IMG/VR virus record: IMGVR_UViG_3300032163_000005
Span: 1-64,000 of that record
From: a virus
DNA: 64,000 nt
Reading direction: 5' to 3' (one strand)
Under the pieces are notes generated by a model. It was not told the DNA's origin. It saw only the letters and a program-made list of their open reading frames with translations, and made no database searches. Each line of letters begins with the position of its first letter. Position 1 is the stretch's first letter. Below are positions 37,489 to 47,718 of this stretch, piece after piece. The translations under genes were made by a program, and so were the position numbers.

Positions 37489-38604
37489 TTAGTACATGAA
37501 GCCGGATCGACCGATACCAGGAACGAATCCTGTTGGGTCGATTGACGATCCGCTTGCTTGTGCAGCAAGAGCCGCACTGACCCCACCAAAAATTGGCGTG
37601 AAGGTGAGAGGCCACGTGAAGTAACTCCCGCCTGCTGTCGTGGGTGTGCTTGGAGTAGGGCTCGCTGCGAGGAGAAGCATCGCAGACAGCGCTGTGTCGA
37701 ATGCTTGAGGGAACGGACTTGGAACGGTGGAAAGAAGCTTGCCCGCCGCTCCGAGCTCAGATGCCAACGTCGTTGATCCTTGGGGACCTGCAAGGAGGAT
37801 CGTCCAATTGATCAAGAGCGAGAGAACCTGCTCGAGCGTCACCGCGTGTTGAAGAGCTCCGCCTGGCACAACACCAAGCCCTGACATAACACCAAGCCCT
37901 GACGTGCCAATGGAAAGCGTGCCGCTTGTCGTGAGGATCGAAGAGACCGCATCAAGAAGAAAGCTCGTGACGTTCCCTGCAGTCAGAATGATCTGTTGTT
38001 CGGCCACGAGCATTTGCATGCTCGTTGAACCATCCGCGGTCGACATGCCCACGGCATCCGCGCCCATGAAGAAGCGTGAGCCATCACCATCGTTGAAGAT
38101 GACCTGTCCCGTTTGGTCGATGCCGAACTGAGCTCCCGTAACTGCACTCCGAACGAGGTAGCTCGAAGACGTCTCGAGAATGAATGGCGTGCGCATTCGC
38201 CTGAACGCGAACGTGTTCTCAGTGACGTCCTGCCCCGCAACCACGAGCGGAAAGGTGTCGAGCTCGTTGTTGAGGCGTCCGACGATGACGGGCGCTGCGT
38301 GCGTGTTGCCTTCTGGAATGACGATGATGACTTCATCACCTTGAAGGAATGGCGCCCAGTCAGCCTCTCCAATGCCTCCGACTCCTCCGGCAACACGGCA
38401 TGTGATGGGGATGCCCGAAGGATGAAGCAGAACAGAGATCAGCGGGCCTTCTGGAAACGGCAAGCCTTCTTCGTCTTTGAATCGAACGCTGTGTGAGTCG
38501 GGAGAATCTTCAGCGATGGTGCCGTAGCTCACCCAACTTCTCGTATCGATGCCTGGTCCTTTGACGGCTTGTCGAAGTAGCGCGAGATCGAGGAAGTTGT
38601 GCAT
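37489..38604 (-). CDS. baseplate central spike (gpV/gp5-like OB-fold)
   Basis: PFLQGDEVIIVIPEGN...PVIVG followed by beta-repeats. Confidence 0.75.
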   Translation of the reverse strand: MHNFLDLALLRQAVKGPGIDTRSWVSYGTIAEDSPDSHSVRFKDEEGLPFPEGPLISVLLHPSGIPITCRVAGGVGGIGEADWAPFLQGDEVIIVIPEGNTHAAPVIVGRLNNELDTFPLVVAGQDVTENTFAFRRMRTPFILETSSSYLVRSAVTGAQFGIDQTGQVIFNDGDGSRFFMGADAVGMSTADGSTSMQMLVAEQQIILTAGNVTSFLLDAVSSILTTSGTLSIGTSGLGVMSGLGVVPGGALQHAVTLEQVLSLLINWTILLAGPQGSTTLASELGAAGKLLSTVPSPFPQAFDTALSAMLLLAASPTPSTPTTAGGSYFTWPLTFTPIFGGVSAALAAQASGSSIDPTGFVPGIGRSGFMY

Positions 38605-40319
38605 TACTTCTTGCCTGTCGGCATTGTGGTGCCGTCGTCGAGCGGGGCGTCTGCGCGCGCTTCGACGTAGTTGATCCCACTGAGATCAATTGAGACGCCT
38701 TCATCGATATCCCACGTCACGCTCATCTGTTTCAAACGGAAGACACGCTGAAACCCTGCATTCGTGTAGGCCTTTGCTGCCTTCTCCGCGAAGTCTTGCG
38801 TGTACCCAATCGATTTGAGCCGCGTGATCGTGCGTTGTGCGTTCGAGAGATCATCTTCAATGACGCCTTGAACAGTGTAGGGACCACGATCGATGATGAT
38901 TTTGAAGTTGTCGCCAAACTTCATGTCGAGCAAATCAGGATCAGACGCGTCGCCTCCGAAACTCGACATGTTCTTGGTCTTGAGCTGAATGAGGAGCTCG
39001 TTACGAAAGACGTTGTTGTAATAGTCCTCCGCAATGCGCTTGAGTGTCGGTTCGTCTTTGACGCCCGCTACGAGAACCACTTTCCAATGCTGTTCTCCCG
39101 CGCCACCAGGCAGAGGATGTGTGGGACGATCCTTCTTCTCAGGGAATCGCGCTACCAGCGTTTTCTTTCGTCCTGGAAAGGAGCATCGACACTCAATGCC
39201 CTTTGCTTCTTGATGCGTGTACTTGTGGCTCACCTTCATCTCTGAGATGTTGCGACCCCACACGAACGTCCGAACGTCGTAAGCGCCACTCTCTCGAATA
39301 CGAGGAAAATAGGGATCACCCTCTCGCGGCGTTGCTCGCCCATCGAGAAGCGACGTCGCACGTTGGATGATGATGTGCAGATCCTCGACACGGATCGTGT
39401 GGCCGGTCATCTTGACCACAACATCGAGGTAATCCCACACGGTGTTATCGTCACCGCCCCCGCCCTGACTCGGGGGTCCTAGGTTGGCATCGTGCGCAGC
39501 ATTGTTGAGCACATCTTTGAGAACAGGAATTTTTGAACGTTCGAGCTCCGCAGGCCGATACTCCACCGTCATGCCAGCAAGCTGAGGAAACTGCTTCAGG
39601 TATTCCGCGATGGCTTCATCGATCGGCTTTTTGATGTCGATCTTTCCACCCATGGGCTGTTGTTGCTTCAAGAGAAGTCGCGTGTAGTCCGTACATTTGA
39701 GACTGATGATGGGTTCATCGTCCGTCCAGCTCATCTCCCACTCATCGACCCATCCTCGAAATCGGCGGTTTGATCGAATCACCCCGCGTTGGTCACGGAA
39801 TGTGTCTTGAATGAGATTCATCGGAATGTGCGCGCCTTCGGTCGTCTCGCCTTGGATTCCTCTCGCGAATTCATTCGCGGGGATGGTGCCTAGGTAGAAG
39901 TCAACCGCGCACGACCGGATGATGCGTGGATCAAGCGGCATGTCGAGCCACTTGATCTCAAGATCAAGCTGGTCTCCATTCTGGATCCCATTGACATGCC
40001 ATGTGGCTTTCTTCGGGATGATGCCTTGGATGTCGCTCGTGAGCTCGTCGATACTCGTGGTGCCCACAGATGTCTTGGTCGTGGGTGTCGTGGGACCTGC
40101 GAGCAAGAATCGTTTGACGCCTGTTGGCGCGCTTGGATCATCCACAACCTTGAGTGCACCACGTGGGTCCTTGTTGCCCTTGATTTGTGTGATGGGCTTG
40201 AGGTCTCGAATCTTCGCGATATCTGCCGATCCACTGTATTTGAATTCGTCAAAGCGAATCGCAAGCGTGACGCGTGCACTCGGATAAAGGGTCTGTGGTT
40301 CGTACTCAAGCGGCGGCAT
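38604..40319 (-). CDS. baseplate hub (gpD/gp27-like)
   Basis: FRGWVDE, CTDYT; lies between LysM and spike genes. Confidence 0.7.
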   Translation of the reverse strand: MPPLEYEPQTLYPSARVTLAIRFDEFKYSGSADIAKIRDLKPITQIKGNKDPRGALKVVDDPSAPTGVKRFLLAGPTTPTTKTSVGTTSIDELTSDIQGIIPKKATWHVNGIQNGDQLDLEIKWLDMPLDPRIIRSCAVDFYLGTIPANEFARGIQGETTEGAHIPMNLIQDTFRDQRGVIRSNRRFRGWVDEWEMSWTDDEPIISLKCTDYTRLLLKQQQPMGGKIDIKKPIDEAIAEYLKQFPQLAGMTVEYRPAELERSKIPVLKDVLNNAAHDANLGPPSQGGGGDDNTVWDYLDVVVKMTGHTIRVEDLHIIIQRATSLLDGRATPREGDPYFPRIRESGAYDVRTFVWGRNISEMKVSHKYTHQEAKGIECRCSFPGRKKTLVARFPEKKDRPTHPLPGGAGEQHWKVVLVAGVKDEPTLKRIAEDYYNNVFRNELLIQLKTKNMSSFGGDASDPDLLDMKFGDNFKIIIDRGPYTVQGVIEDDLSNAQRTITRLKSIGYTQDFAEKAAKAYTNAGFQRVFRLKQMSVTWDIDEGVSIDLSGINYVEARADAPLDDGTTMPTGKK

Positions 40320-40328
40320 CGCACCAAT

Positions 40329-41627
40329 CTAGAGCGAACTGGGGTGATTGCCGAGTGCTGGGATGATGAGCACAGCACCAGGCAGAAATGATGGCTGGTA
40401 AAGCGGAAGCTTGTTCGCTCGAAGGATGTCGGATCCGTGGTCGGGCGTCTTGTAATACTGAATCGAGACCTTCTGAGGTGTGTCGCCTTCATGGCAAACA
40501 TGGACGCCGAGAACCTGTCCCGCCCGCGTCGTTTGCGACTCTTGGACCGAGATGACGGGAGCTCCTCCACGCTGCACGAGTGGAGCTCGAAGACGAAGCG
40601 CCAGATCTCGCGAAGATTCGGCTGTGAGTCGTGCTTGCTCGGCAACAGACGCGAAATAACGATTCGCTCGAAGCAGTGATGCCACGCGCGTCTTGTTGGC
40701 TTGAACCTCGGGTGGTTGTCGCCCAAGCGTATCGATCAAGTTGATCGCGATGGACTGCGTGTTTTTCGCAAGATTGATGAAGCTGCCCGTGATGGCCGCT
40801 GGCTGCGTTCGAAACGTGTTGATGACTGAGCCAAGCTGTTTGATCTGCGAGACGTTCTGTTGGATCTGCCGATTGAACGAATTGACGGCTTGAAGTGGTG
40901 CGTTGGCGAGGGCTTCGAATTGCCCAAGCGAGAATTTGACTGCGCTTTTTCGAACGTCTTTTTTCGCCTTCACGATCGATGACTCAAGCGCGAAATTGAT
41001 GCCTGCTGCGTTCACAAGAAGTGCGTTCGAGGCTGCATCGAGATCTTCATCCGATCGAACGCTGACCACGCGGTCTTGAGTGCCGCCACGTGATGCCCAG
41101 TTGAATTCAACAGTCCATCCAATGTCCGTGTGACGGATGAATGAAAAGTGCGCGTTCTTGATCAGGCCTTCGCGAAGGATCTGCGTGTTCTTGAGTTGAG
41201 AAAACCCGCTTGCGCTGTTTCCTTGGCCTTCGTTCGCATTGACAGACCACGTCACGCGAAGCCGAATACCTGAACGACCAATGAGCTCGAACGCCTCTCG
41301 GAGGCCTTGTGGATCGATGATTGAAACTTCGGCGCCTTGATCGTTGGTGAACCGACATGGGGTTCTGCTGAGACGCGTACGACGCCAATCGCCTTGCCAC
41401 GTGGAAGGGAGCTCGCGTGGTCCTAGGTTTTGCTGCGTCGCCTCAACGGGGTTACCTGGATACCATGTGGTGATGACGTTGTTTTCGAAGGCCCACTCCG
41501 AGCCCATGAAAGGAAGCCCCGATCCCAAGAGCACGATGCGACGTGGCTTCTTTCCCGGTCCTGCAGGACCAGTCTCCTCGATGATCAACGTAGAGTCGTA
41601 ACCGAGGGTTGTTGGATCGAAGGGCAC
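40329..41627 (-). CDS. tail tube initiator-like protein with C-terminal LysM domain
   Basis: HVCHEGDTPQKVS..YY....ILRAN....GAVLIIP. Confidence 0.7.
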   Translation of the reverse strand: MPFDPTTLGYDSTLIIEETGPAGPGKKPRRIVLLGSGLPFMGSEWAFENNVITTWYPGNPVEATQQNLGPRELPSTWQGDWRRTRLSRTPCRFTNDQGAEVSIIDPQGLREAFELIGRSGIRLRVTWSVNANEGQGNSASGFSQLKNTQILREGLIKNAHFSFIRHTDIGWTVEFNWASRGGTQDRVVSVRSDEDLDAASNALLVNAAGINFALESSIVKAKKDVRKSAVKFSLGQFEALANAPLQAVNSFNRQIQQNVSQIKQLGSVINTFRTQPAAITGSFINLAKNTQSIAINLIDTLGRQPPEVQANKTRVASLLRANRYFASVAEQARLTAESSRDLALRLRAPLVQRGGAPVISVQESQTTRAGQVLGVHVCHEGDTPQKVSIQYYKTPDHGSDILRANKLPLYQPSFLPGAVLIIPALGNHPSSL

Positions 41628-41630
41628 GAA

Positions 41631-41837
41631 TCACGCTCCGCGTTCCAACATACTCCGCGCCCACAACTTGAGGGGGTTGGGCTTGCCGCCCTTCACGTTG
41701 GGCGCATCCTGACCGGAAGGTGAGAGGCTTTCGGATTCGTCCTCCAAATCGCTTGGAGAGACGTCTTCATCGAGGGGTTGTCGCGCTCCGCTACGGGGGT
41801 TCAGAGCCGTTTTGCCGATCATGGTGGGCATTGCCAT
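41631..41837 (-). CDS. small disordered protein with C-terminal LKLWA motif
   Basis: 68 aa; has its own TAGCTT box 6 nt before the ATG. Confidence 0.5.
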   Translation of the reverse strand: MAMPTMIGKTALNPRSGARQPLDEDVSPSDLEDESESLSPSGQDAPNVKGGKPNPLKLWARSMLERGA

Positions 41838-41858
41838 ACCCCAAAGCTATCACGTGCC

Positions 41859-43676
41859 CTATGTTGACGTGCGCGCTCCCAGTCGGGCAAGACCGTGTTG
41901 CGCGATATCGGTTCGGAACACGATGGCCACACGCTCTGGATCTTCGTCTTTGAAATCCTGATTCACATTGATCGAGCCTGTGAAGGTCTGATTGATGTTG
42001 GGAGTTTTTCCGATGGGAAGTTTTGCCTTGGTCGCTTCCGTGCGGCTCGTTTCAACCTGTTCGGCGATGTTGCTCAAACCAAGGGAATTAAGCTTGGCGA
42101 TGAACGCATCAAGACCTCCCTTGACAACATTGTCGCCGCCTTTGACCAATGCATCTTTGAGCTTTTCGCTTCCGTCCAGAAATGTTGCAGCCGCTTTCAT
42201 GGATTCCGCATCATTGAAGCCGGATGCTTCCTCCCATGCTTTGGAAAATGCTGTTGCATTGCCGCCGATCGCCGCACGAGCTTGGGCATTAACGTCTTCC
42301 ATAATCATCGCGTGATTTTTCATCGCGAATTGCATGTCCTTGTCGAAGTCTTCGAGAGCTCCACCTGCATCTGCATAGGCAGCGCGCGCAGATACAACTC
42401 CCGCTTTTTTCTCAAACCCAACGGCACCCTCTTTTGAGCGTACCCCTGCCATCGCAGCTTCTTTGCCTTTGGATAGTGCCTCTTGTTGTGCAGCGGCCTT
42501 CCCACCCTCTCCGAGCTTCGAAGCCTTATCAATCACCGATCCCAAAAAACTGCCCGCTTGCTGAACGCCTTTCACGGTCAGCAACATCACGTCTTTCATG
42601 GCCCTAGCAACATCTCTAAAAGATTTCGCAAGAAGACCGCGATTGTCATAGATGTATTGAAACGTTGTTCGAAGATCGGCCATTGGTCCTGTCGTGGCGT
42701 TCATTTCAATCGCCATACTTTTCGCGATGCCCATGAGCTCGTCAACAAATGGACCTGCAGCTTTGACTCCGAGAGCCATCGTGTTACCGAAATTCACCGC
42801 AATGCTTCCAAGAAGCGCGTGATTGTCCTGCAACCATCCATGAACTTTGCCCATAACCGGACCGATGGCTTTGACAATCGGAGCGCCTGCAGCCGCGGCT
42901 AGCCGATCAACGAAGAGCTCCATTCCCTTGGTCATCTCTCCAATACCAAGAGGAACATCCTTCATCTTTTTACCCATTGCAGCGACAGCCTTTTCCGCCA
43001 ACTTCATCTGAGCTTCTGGCGACATCTTTTGCATCTGTTGCGCGACAGATTTGGCGTTGCCCTTGAGGAGATGAGTTGCTGAAATCATTCCGACGATTGG
43101 ATTTTTCGCACGGATGATTCCCATCTCAATGGCTTCGAAAGCTTCGGAGATTCCCTCGGCGCCTTGTGGAATGGCGCGACCTGCCGACGCCATGGCTTCT
43201 GTGAGCTCGACCGCTTGATCAATGGTCTTTCCACCACGTTCAATCACGTTAGTAAATGTCGCCATCATCGCATCTCGAGTTTGTCCCGATGCAAAGGCAA
43301 CGCTCTCGAGTTGATCTTGAAGATCGCCAGCAACGTCCTTCATGTCTTTGAAGGACGTTCCGGACTCATCAAGCAAAGTCAACGTTCCGGCAAGCGCTTT
43401 GACTTGAGCAGCGCTCTCCATGTACGCGCTTGCAGCGCCAGTCGCGGCACCGATCATTACTGAGCCAGCGGCTACCGCTGCACCTGCGGCAACACCTAAT
43501 CCGAGCTTCGCGGCGTCACCAACTCCACCCCAAATCTTTTTTCCTTCGAGAACGCCGCCATGCCATTTCTTCTGGCTCTTGTTGACATTGGAGATTCCAT
43601 CTCTGAGCTTTTCAGTCTCCTTCTTTGCATTGGAGTCAATGACGAGCCGAACGTGAACTTCTGCAGCTTCAGTCAT
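41859..43676 (-). CDS. tape measure protein
   Basis: 605 aa, Ala/Gly-rich and helical; follows the chaperones. Confidence 0.85.
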   Translation of the reverse strand: MTEAAEVHVRLVIDSNAKKETEKLRDGISNVNKSQKKWHGGVLEGKKIWGGVGDAAKLGLGVAAGAAVAAGSVMIGAATGAASAYMESAAQVKALAGTLTLLDESGTSFKDMKDVAGDLQDQLESVAFASGQTRDAMMATFTNVIERGGKTIDQAVELTEAMASAGRAIPQGAEGISEAFEAIEMGIIRAKNPIVGMISATHLLKGNAKSVAQQMQKMSPEAQMKLAEKAVAAMGKKMKDVPLGIGEMTKGMELFVDRLAAAAGAPIVKAIGPVMGKVHGWLQDNHALLGSIAVNFGNTMALGVKAAGPFVDELMGIAKSMAIEMNATTGPMADLRTTFQYIYDNRGLLAKSFRDVARAMKDVMLLTVKGVQQAGSFLGSVIDKASKLGEGGKAAAQQEALSKGKEAAMAGVRSKEGAVGFEKKAGVVSARAAYADAGGALEDFDKDMQFAMKNHAMIMEDVNAQARAAIGGNATAFSKAWEEASGFNDAESMKAAATFLDGSEKLKDALVKGGDNVVKGGLDAFIAKLNSLGLSNIAEQVETSRTEATKAKLPIGKTPNINQTFTGSINVNQDFKDEDPERVAIVFRTDIAQHGLARLGARTST

Positions 43677-43978
43677 CGCTCCTCCATCAATACATTCTCT
43701 TCAGAGACCAATTTCGCAATGAAATTCGTTGCCTCAATGAGATCGGTGACTGGGAGATTAGCCCACTGCGTCCACGATTGTCTGCCGTAGCGCGCGCAAA
43801 ACGCTTTCTGTTTCCTACGTGTATTCAAAAGCGCAACGGGATCGATTGCGACTCGCAAATGCCACGACGCATCACTCCACGACTCACACCACGCACCAAA
43901 AACAGGCGATGAAAGAAGATCGCGCTTAGTTACTCGGCCGGCATTGAGATCGTTGAAGTGATGCAATTGGAGAAAAAA
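43673..43978 (-). CDS. tail assembly chaperone, -1 frameshift extension
   Basis: In-frame slippery T TTT TTC at 43978-43972 shifts into ORF 43673-43966. Confidence 0.7.
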   Translation of the reverse strand, partial: FFLQLHHFNDLNAGRVTKRDLLSSPVFGAWCESWSDASWHLRVAIDPVALLNTRRKQKAFCARYGRQSWTQWANLPVTDLIEATNFIAKLVSEENVLMEER

Positions 43979-44451
43979 TCAAGTTGATCATCATCGGGCA
44001 ACGTGTGGGCCTTGATGTAGTAATGAATGACGAGCTTTCTACACGCGCTTCCAATTTCATCCCAGAATGCGCTGATGTTCGCACCCATACCAGGGGTCAT
44101 GGTCCAATTGACACGCTGCCCATCGATGTAGCGAATGCATTGCTTCGCCATCTCGTGAACCATACGACGATCATCTCCACGTGCACGTTGCGCCGCTTGA
44201 TGCTCTTCGAGCTCCGTGAGTTGCCAACACACAATTTGGCGTTCACCCTTTTCAGGAGCAAGTGTCCATGAAGGACGAAATCGCATGATGACGATCTTCC
44301 GACCTGGTGGCGCTTTCATCTGAGCAGGTGTGACAAACCACTCAGGTATGACGTTACTCGTATCTTTCGTTAGAGCGGTTCCCATCCGTTCGAGAGGCGA
44401 TTCCTCTTCCGGCATGTCCGCTTGCCCGTTCTCTTCGACTTGTTCGACCAT
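43930..44451 (-). CDS. tail assembly chaperone
   Basis: Between tube and tape measure; ends ..DFF.. at the slippery site. Confidence 0.75.
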   Translation of the reverse strand: MVEQVEENGQADMPEEESPLERMGTALTKDTSNVIPEWFVTPAQMKAPPGRKIVIMRFRPSWTLAPEKGERQIVCWQLTELEEHQAAQRARGDDRRMVHEMAKQCIRYIDGQRVNWTMTPGMGANISAFWDEIGSACRKLVIHYYIKAHTLPDDDQLDFFSNCITSTISMPAE

Positions 44452-44571
44452 GAGTCCCTCCGTAGCGAAGGAACCTTATCATGCACGTTTTCGATGAGGG
44501 CCTTTCTTCCGAATGGGCTGCGTGAACGCTCGTTCGATTAACCAACCAACAGCACTCGGTTGGGTTGTTGA

Positions 44572-45012
44572 CTAACTAGAAGTGGCTATGGCCCTTTCAC
44601 ATTCGAAGTCGAGCTTGACCGAGACGTACTCGGCGCGATCCGGGAAGTCGTGTGGAATCTCCCCAAACTTCACGTCCGCAAACAAGAAGGTCGGCGTCTG
44701 TCCGTTTGGGAACGAGAGGACCGACGTGATGTTGAAGATGACGTCGGGTGTGTTTCGTTGCGCTCGATCAAGGATCGCTTGCTCGAATGCGATGAATTCT
44801 TGGTTATGGAGGTGAAGCTCCATCGAACCCTTCACGCCCTTGTAGATCTCATCTTTGCGTTCTGACTTCTCACCAAGGTAACCCTGAGACTGAATCTCGA
44901 GTTGATGTGCGAAGTTGAAGTTTCGAACATCCACGAGTGAGGCTTCGAGAGCCCCATCTCGAACGATGAGCACAGAAGTTTCTTGTCCTCGAATCCTACT
45001 CTCAGCAGCCAT
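44572..45012 (-). CDS. tail tube protein
   Basis: 146 aa, beta-rich, directly after the sheath. Confidence 0.75.
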   Translation of the reverse strand: MAAESRIRGQETSVLIVRDGALEASLVDVRNFNFAHQLEIQSQGYLGEKSERKDEIYKGVKGSMELHLHNQEFIAFEQAILDRAQRNTPDVIFNITSVLSFPNGQTPTFLFADVKFGEIPHDFPDRAEYVSVKLDFECERAIATSS

Positions 45013-45059
45013 TGATGACCTCTTATCCTCGGTTCTAGTGCATCTACAACACTAGATGA

Positions 45060-47636
45060 TTAGGCCGCTTGGGGCAGTTGTTCTGTGACCGTGACCGATT
45101 CACCAATCTGCGTCTCGAGCACGAGTGCATCGATGGATGAGAGCGTCCTCACCTTGATGATGAGTCGGAATATGCCGAGCGCCAACGTGTCTGGCGTGTT
45201 GCCGCTCTTGGGATCAAGCGTGTAGCCCGCAATCCGTTGAAACGCCGGATTGTTTGCCGAGAGCAAGCTGTCGAGGAACCCACGAAACTCCGACGTGATG
45301 GCTTGGCGCCTTTGGAAGGTGTTGAGCTTCTTTCCGAATGCTCGGCCCCTTCGTGCAAGCGTGTCCTGGATGAAATCTGCCATACGACGACGCGCGATGT
45401 TGCGGAGCTGAGGGAAGGTTCCCGGATCAACACTCGTGACGCCGCTCTGGAAGATGAGAACGCCATCATCAATGCGTGGTGCACAGATACCGTTTGCTCG
45501 GAACAGCTTGTAGTCGTCCACCGTGTAGTTGGCTGCGTTGGACGAGCTCTCGAGCGCAACAACCGCCGAGGTGAACGATGTGAGCTGGCCGGGGTTCTCT
45601 TCCGGCGCGAGCTGACTAAGGATCGACGCAAGGAAGCCGTCTGAACCGAGGTCCACAAGACCATCAGCAGTGAAGCCTGCACCACCGCTGAGACCCCGCC
45701 GCGCGATAAGCGGAACGAGGGATCGGACGCCTGGATACGTGTAAACAACACGTTGATCGCGATACGCGCCCACGCCCGGTTCCGCCACACGCGAGAGTGC
45801 TTGCGCTCGAGATGTCCCAAGTGGTGGTCGGACCATTCCCATTCGCCCAAAGAGATTGCTCGATGCGCTGAGCACATTCTCTCGAACCTTGCGACGAAGC
45901 GCGTTCGACTGACGTGCGCTGTAGATGATGTTCGCTTCGCGTGAAGGCTGTTGTGGATCAAGCGTGGCATCTAGAGCCGTCGCGTACTGCGAATCGATGG
46001 CCGCTTCGGAGAGCGCCGCGGTGATGAGTTGCGGATTGACGACGTCGAAGCTCCCGAGGTCGGGTGGTTGATCCACCACAACGATGGTGCCTGCTGTTCC
46101 TGAAAGCCCCGATCCATCATCGAGTGCATGACGAACCTTGACCGAGAACGGTCCGGCATTCGCGGTGTAGACCGATCCGATGAGCGTCGGAGCATCGAAC
46201 CGAAGCGTTTGCATCGTGACGAAGACGCGCGTGTTGAGCGCATTACGAACGACCGTTCCCGCGGGAATGTTGCCCGCCACGATCGCTGGAACGCTGATGG
46301 TCTGAACGATGAGCCCAAGGTCAGAGAGGACCGAAGCGGGAGCTCCGACCACGCGAACCTGTCCGCCATTCTTCCGACCGCGGAGAAGCATGTGAGTGGC
46401 ATCGAGCGATGTTGCCATCGTGAAGCCCGCCGCCGTGTTGATGTTCGCGATGACGGTTGCTTGGGATTGCGCCGCTGCGATCGTCACGTTGAAGTTGGCT
46501 TCATCATCCACGCCAAGCGAGAGCACACCCGTTCCAACAGTCGGGAATGTCTGCGCTGTTGATCGAAGGTTTGCGATGCCATCGTTCGATCCTTCTTGCG
46601 TGGCAACGAATCCAAGAGCCGTCGCTGTCGTGGCCGGTCCCACTTCGATGTAGTCGCCCGAGGCCACGAAGTTTTTGCTGACGCGAAGACGGCCCGAGGA
46701 ATCTTGTTCGACGGTCGTTCCTGTGATCGCTGCCTCAACGATCACCTTGATCTCATTGAAGACGACTGCATCGATGTCCGACACATTGCCTGTGCCTGCG
46801 GTCGTGGCGAGCGTGAGATTGAGCGCTGTGAGAACGCTGGCCGTGCCTGCGACGATGCGCACTTGACTGCCCGTTCCGCGCCGAATGGCCGTGAACGTGA
46901 TGATGTTGCCGCCACCATCCGACGCAAACGTGAAGCCTGCATACGCGTTAATGCGCGCGATGACCTGCAGTTTTGTCTGATCCGCTGCGAGAAACGTCAC
47001 GATGAAGTTGGCCGCCGAGTCGTACCCGAGCGTGAGTGTTTCACCACCCGTGAAGAGTGTTGGGTAGACGCCCGCACCGCTGTTGACCGTTGCAGCCGTC
47101 GCGCTGAATGTCGCGCTCACTGGGCCAGCGCCAATGTCGAGAGCAAGAACTTGCGCGGGTTCGAGGTTGTACGCGAACGATGCAAGCCCTGTTACGAACG
47201 CGCGTCGTTGAAACTCGACAGCTCCCACACTCGTGTCCACGCGAAGACAGAGGAGCCTCTTGAACTTCTTTCCGTTGAGCTGAACGAACGCATTGCCGTT
47301 CCAGAATTCATCAACAAGAGCTCCGTCTACGCGACGCTTCCGCGCTGATGGGTTGTTGCCTGGTACACCGCCGTAACGGTATCCGAGCTCCCCAAGGGAG
47401 TTGACGAAGTCGGTCGTCCCTGTTGGTTCGACCATGCGGACGTTGTTGTCCATCCCGTTGGCGTTCCCGCCCGTCGCAAACTCGCCATCTTCGTACTCGC
47501 CAGCACAAATGACGGTCCCCGTTCCGACGCCGGAGATGGACGCAGGAGGGTCCAAATCCAGAATATTTACGGACTCAATTTCGAGAAAGACCTCGTTTCC
47601 TGGGTCCGAAAGGAACCTTCTTAAAAAAACACTCAT
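45060..47636 (-). CDS. contractile tail sheath protein
   Basis: 858 aa; C-terminal RNIARRRMADFIQD..F..LLS...I.GY sheath pattern. Confidence 0.85.
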   Translation of the reverse strand: MSVFLRRFLSDPGNEVFLEIESVNILDLDPPASISGVGTGTVICAGEYEDGEFATGGNANGMDNNVRMVEPTGTTDFVNSLGELGYRYGGVPGNNPSARKRRVDGALVDEFWNGNAFVQLNGKKFKRLLCLRVDTSVGAVEFQRRAFVTGLASFAYNLEPAQVLALDIGAGPVSATFSATAATVNSGAGVYPTLFTGGETLTLGYDSAANFIVTFLAADQTKLQVIARINAYAGFTFASDGGGNIITFTAIRRGTGSQVRIVAGTASVLTALNLTLATTAGTGNVSDIDAVVFNEIKVIVEAAITGTTVEQDSSGRLRVSKNFVASGDYIEVGPATTATALGFVATQEGSNDGIANLRSTAQTFPTVGTGVLSLGVDDEANFNVTIAAAQSQATVIANINTAAGFTMATSLDATHMLLRGRKNGGQVRVVGAPASVLSDLGLIVQTISVPAIVAGNIPAGTVVRNALNTRVFVTMQTLRFDAPTLIGSVYTANAGPFSVKVRHALDDGSGLSGTAGTIVVVDQPPDLGSFDVVNPQLITAALSEAAIDSQYATALDATLDPQQPSREANIIYSARQSNALRRKVRENVLSASSNLFGRMGMVRPPLGTSRAQALSRVAEPGVGAYRDQRVVYTYPGVRSLVPLIARRGLSGGAGFTADGLVDLGSDGFLASILSQLAPEENPGQLTSFTSAVVALESSSNAANYTVDDYKLFRANGICAPRIDDGVLIFQSGVTSVDPGTFPQLRNIARRRMADFIQDTLARRGRAFGKKLNTFQRRQAITSEFRGFLDSLLSANNPAFQRIAGYTLDPKSGNTPDTLALGIFRLIIKVRTLSSIDALVLETQIGESVTVTEQLPQAA

Positions 47637-47718
47637 GTGGATCTCTCCCTAGACGACGAAACGCGGTTTCGTCGAAAGGTACACGTGCTTGGGGGATTGC
47701 GGCAATGATCGCGATTCG

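Noticed and set aside
31666-47636. Tailocin/eCIS rather than phage
   Set aside because: Portal, scaffold, capsid and a full replication module are contiguous with the tail genes.
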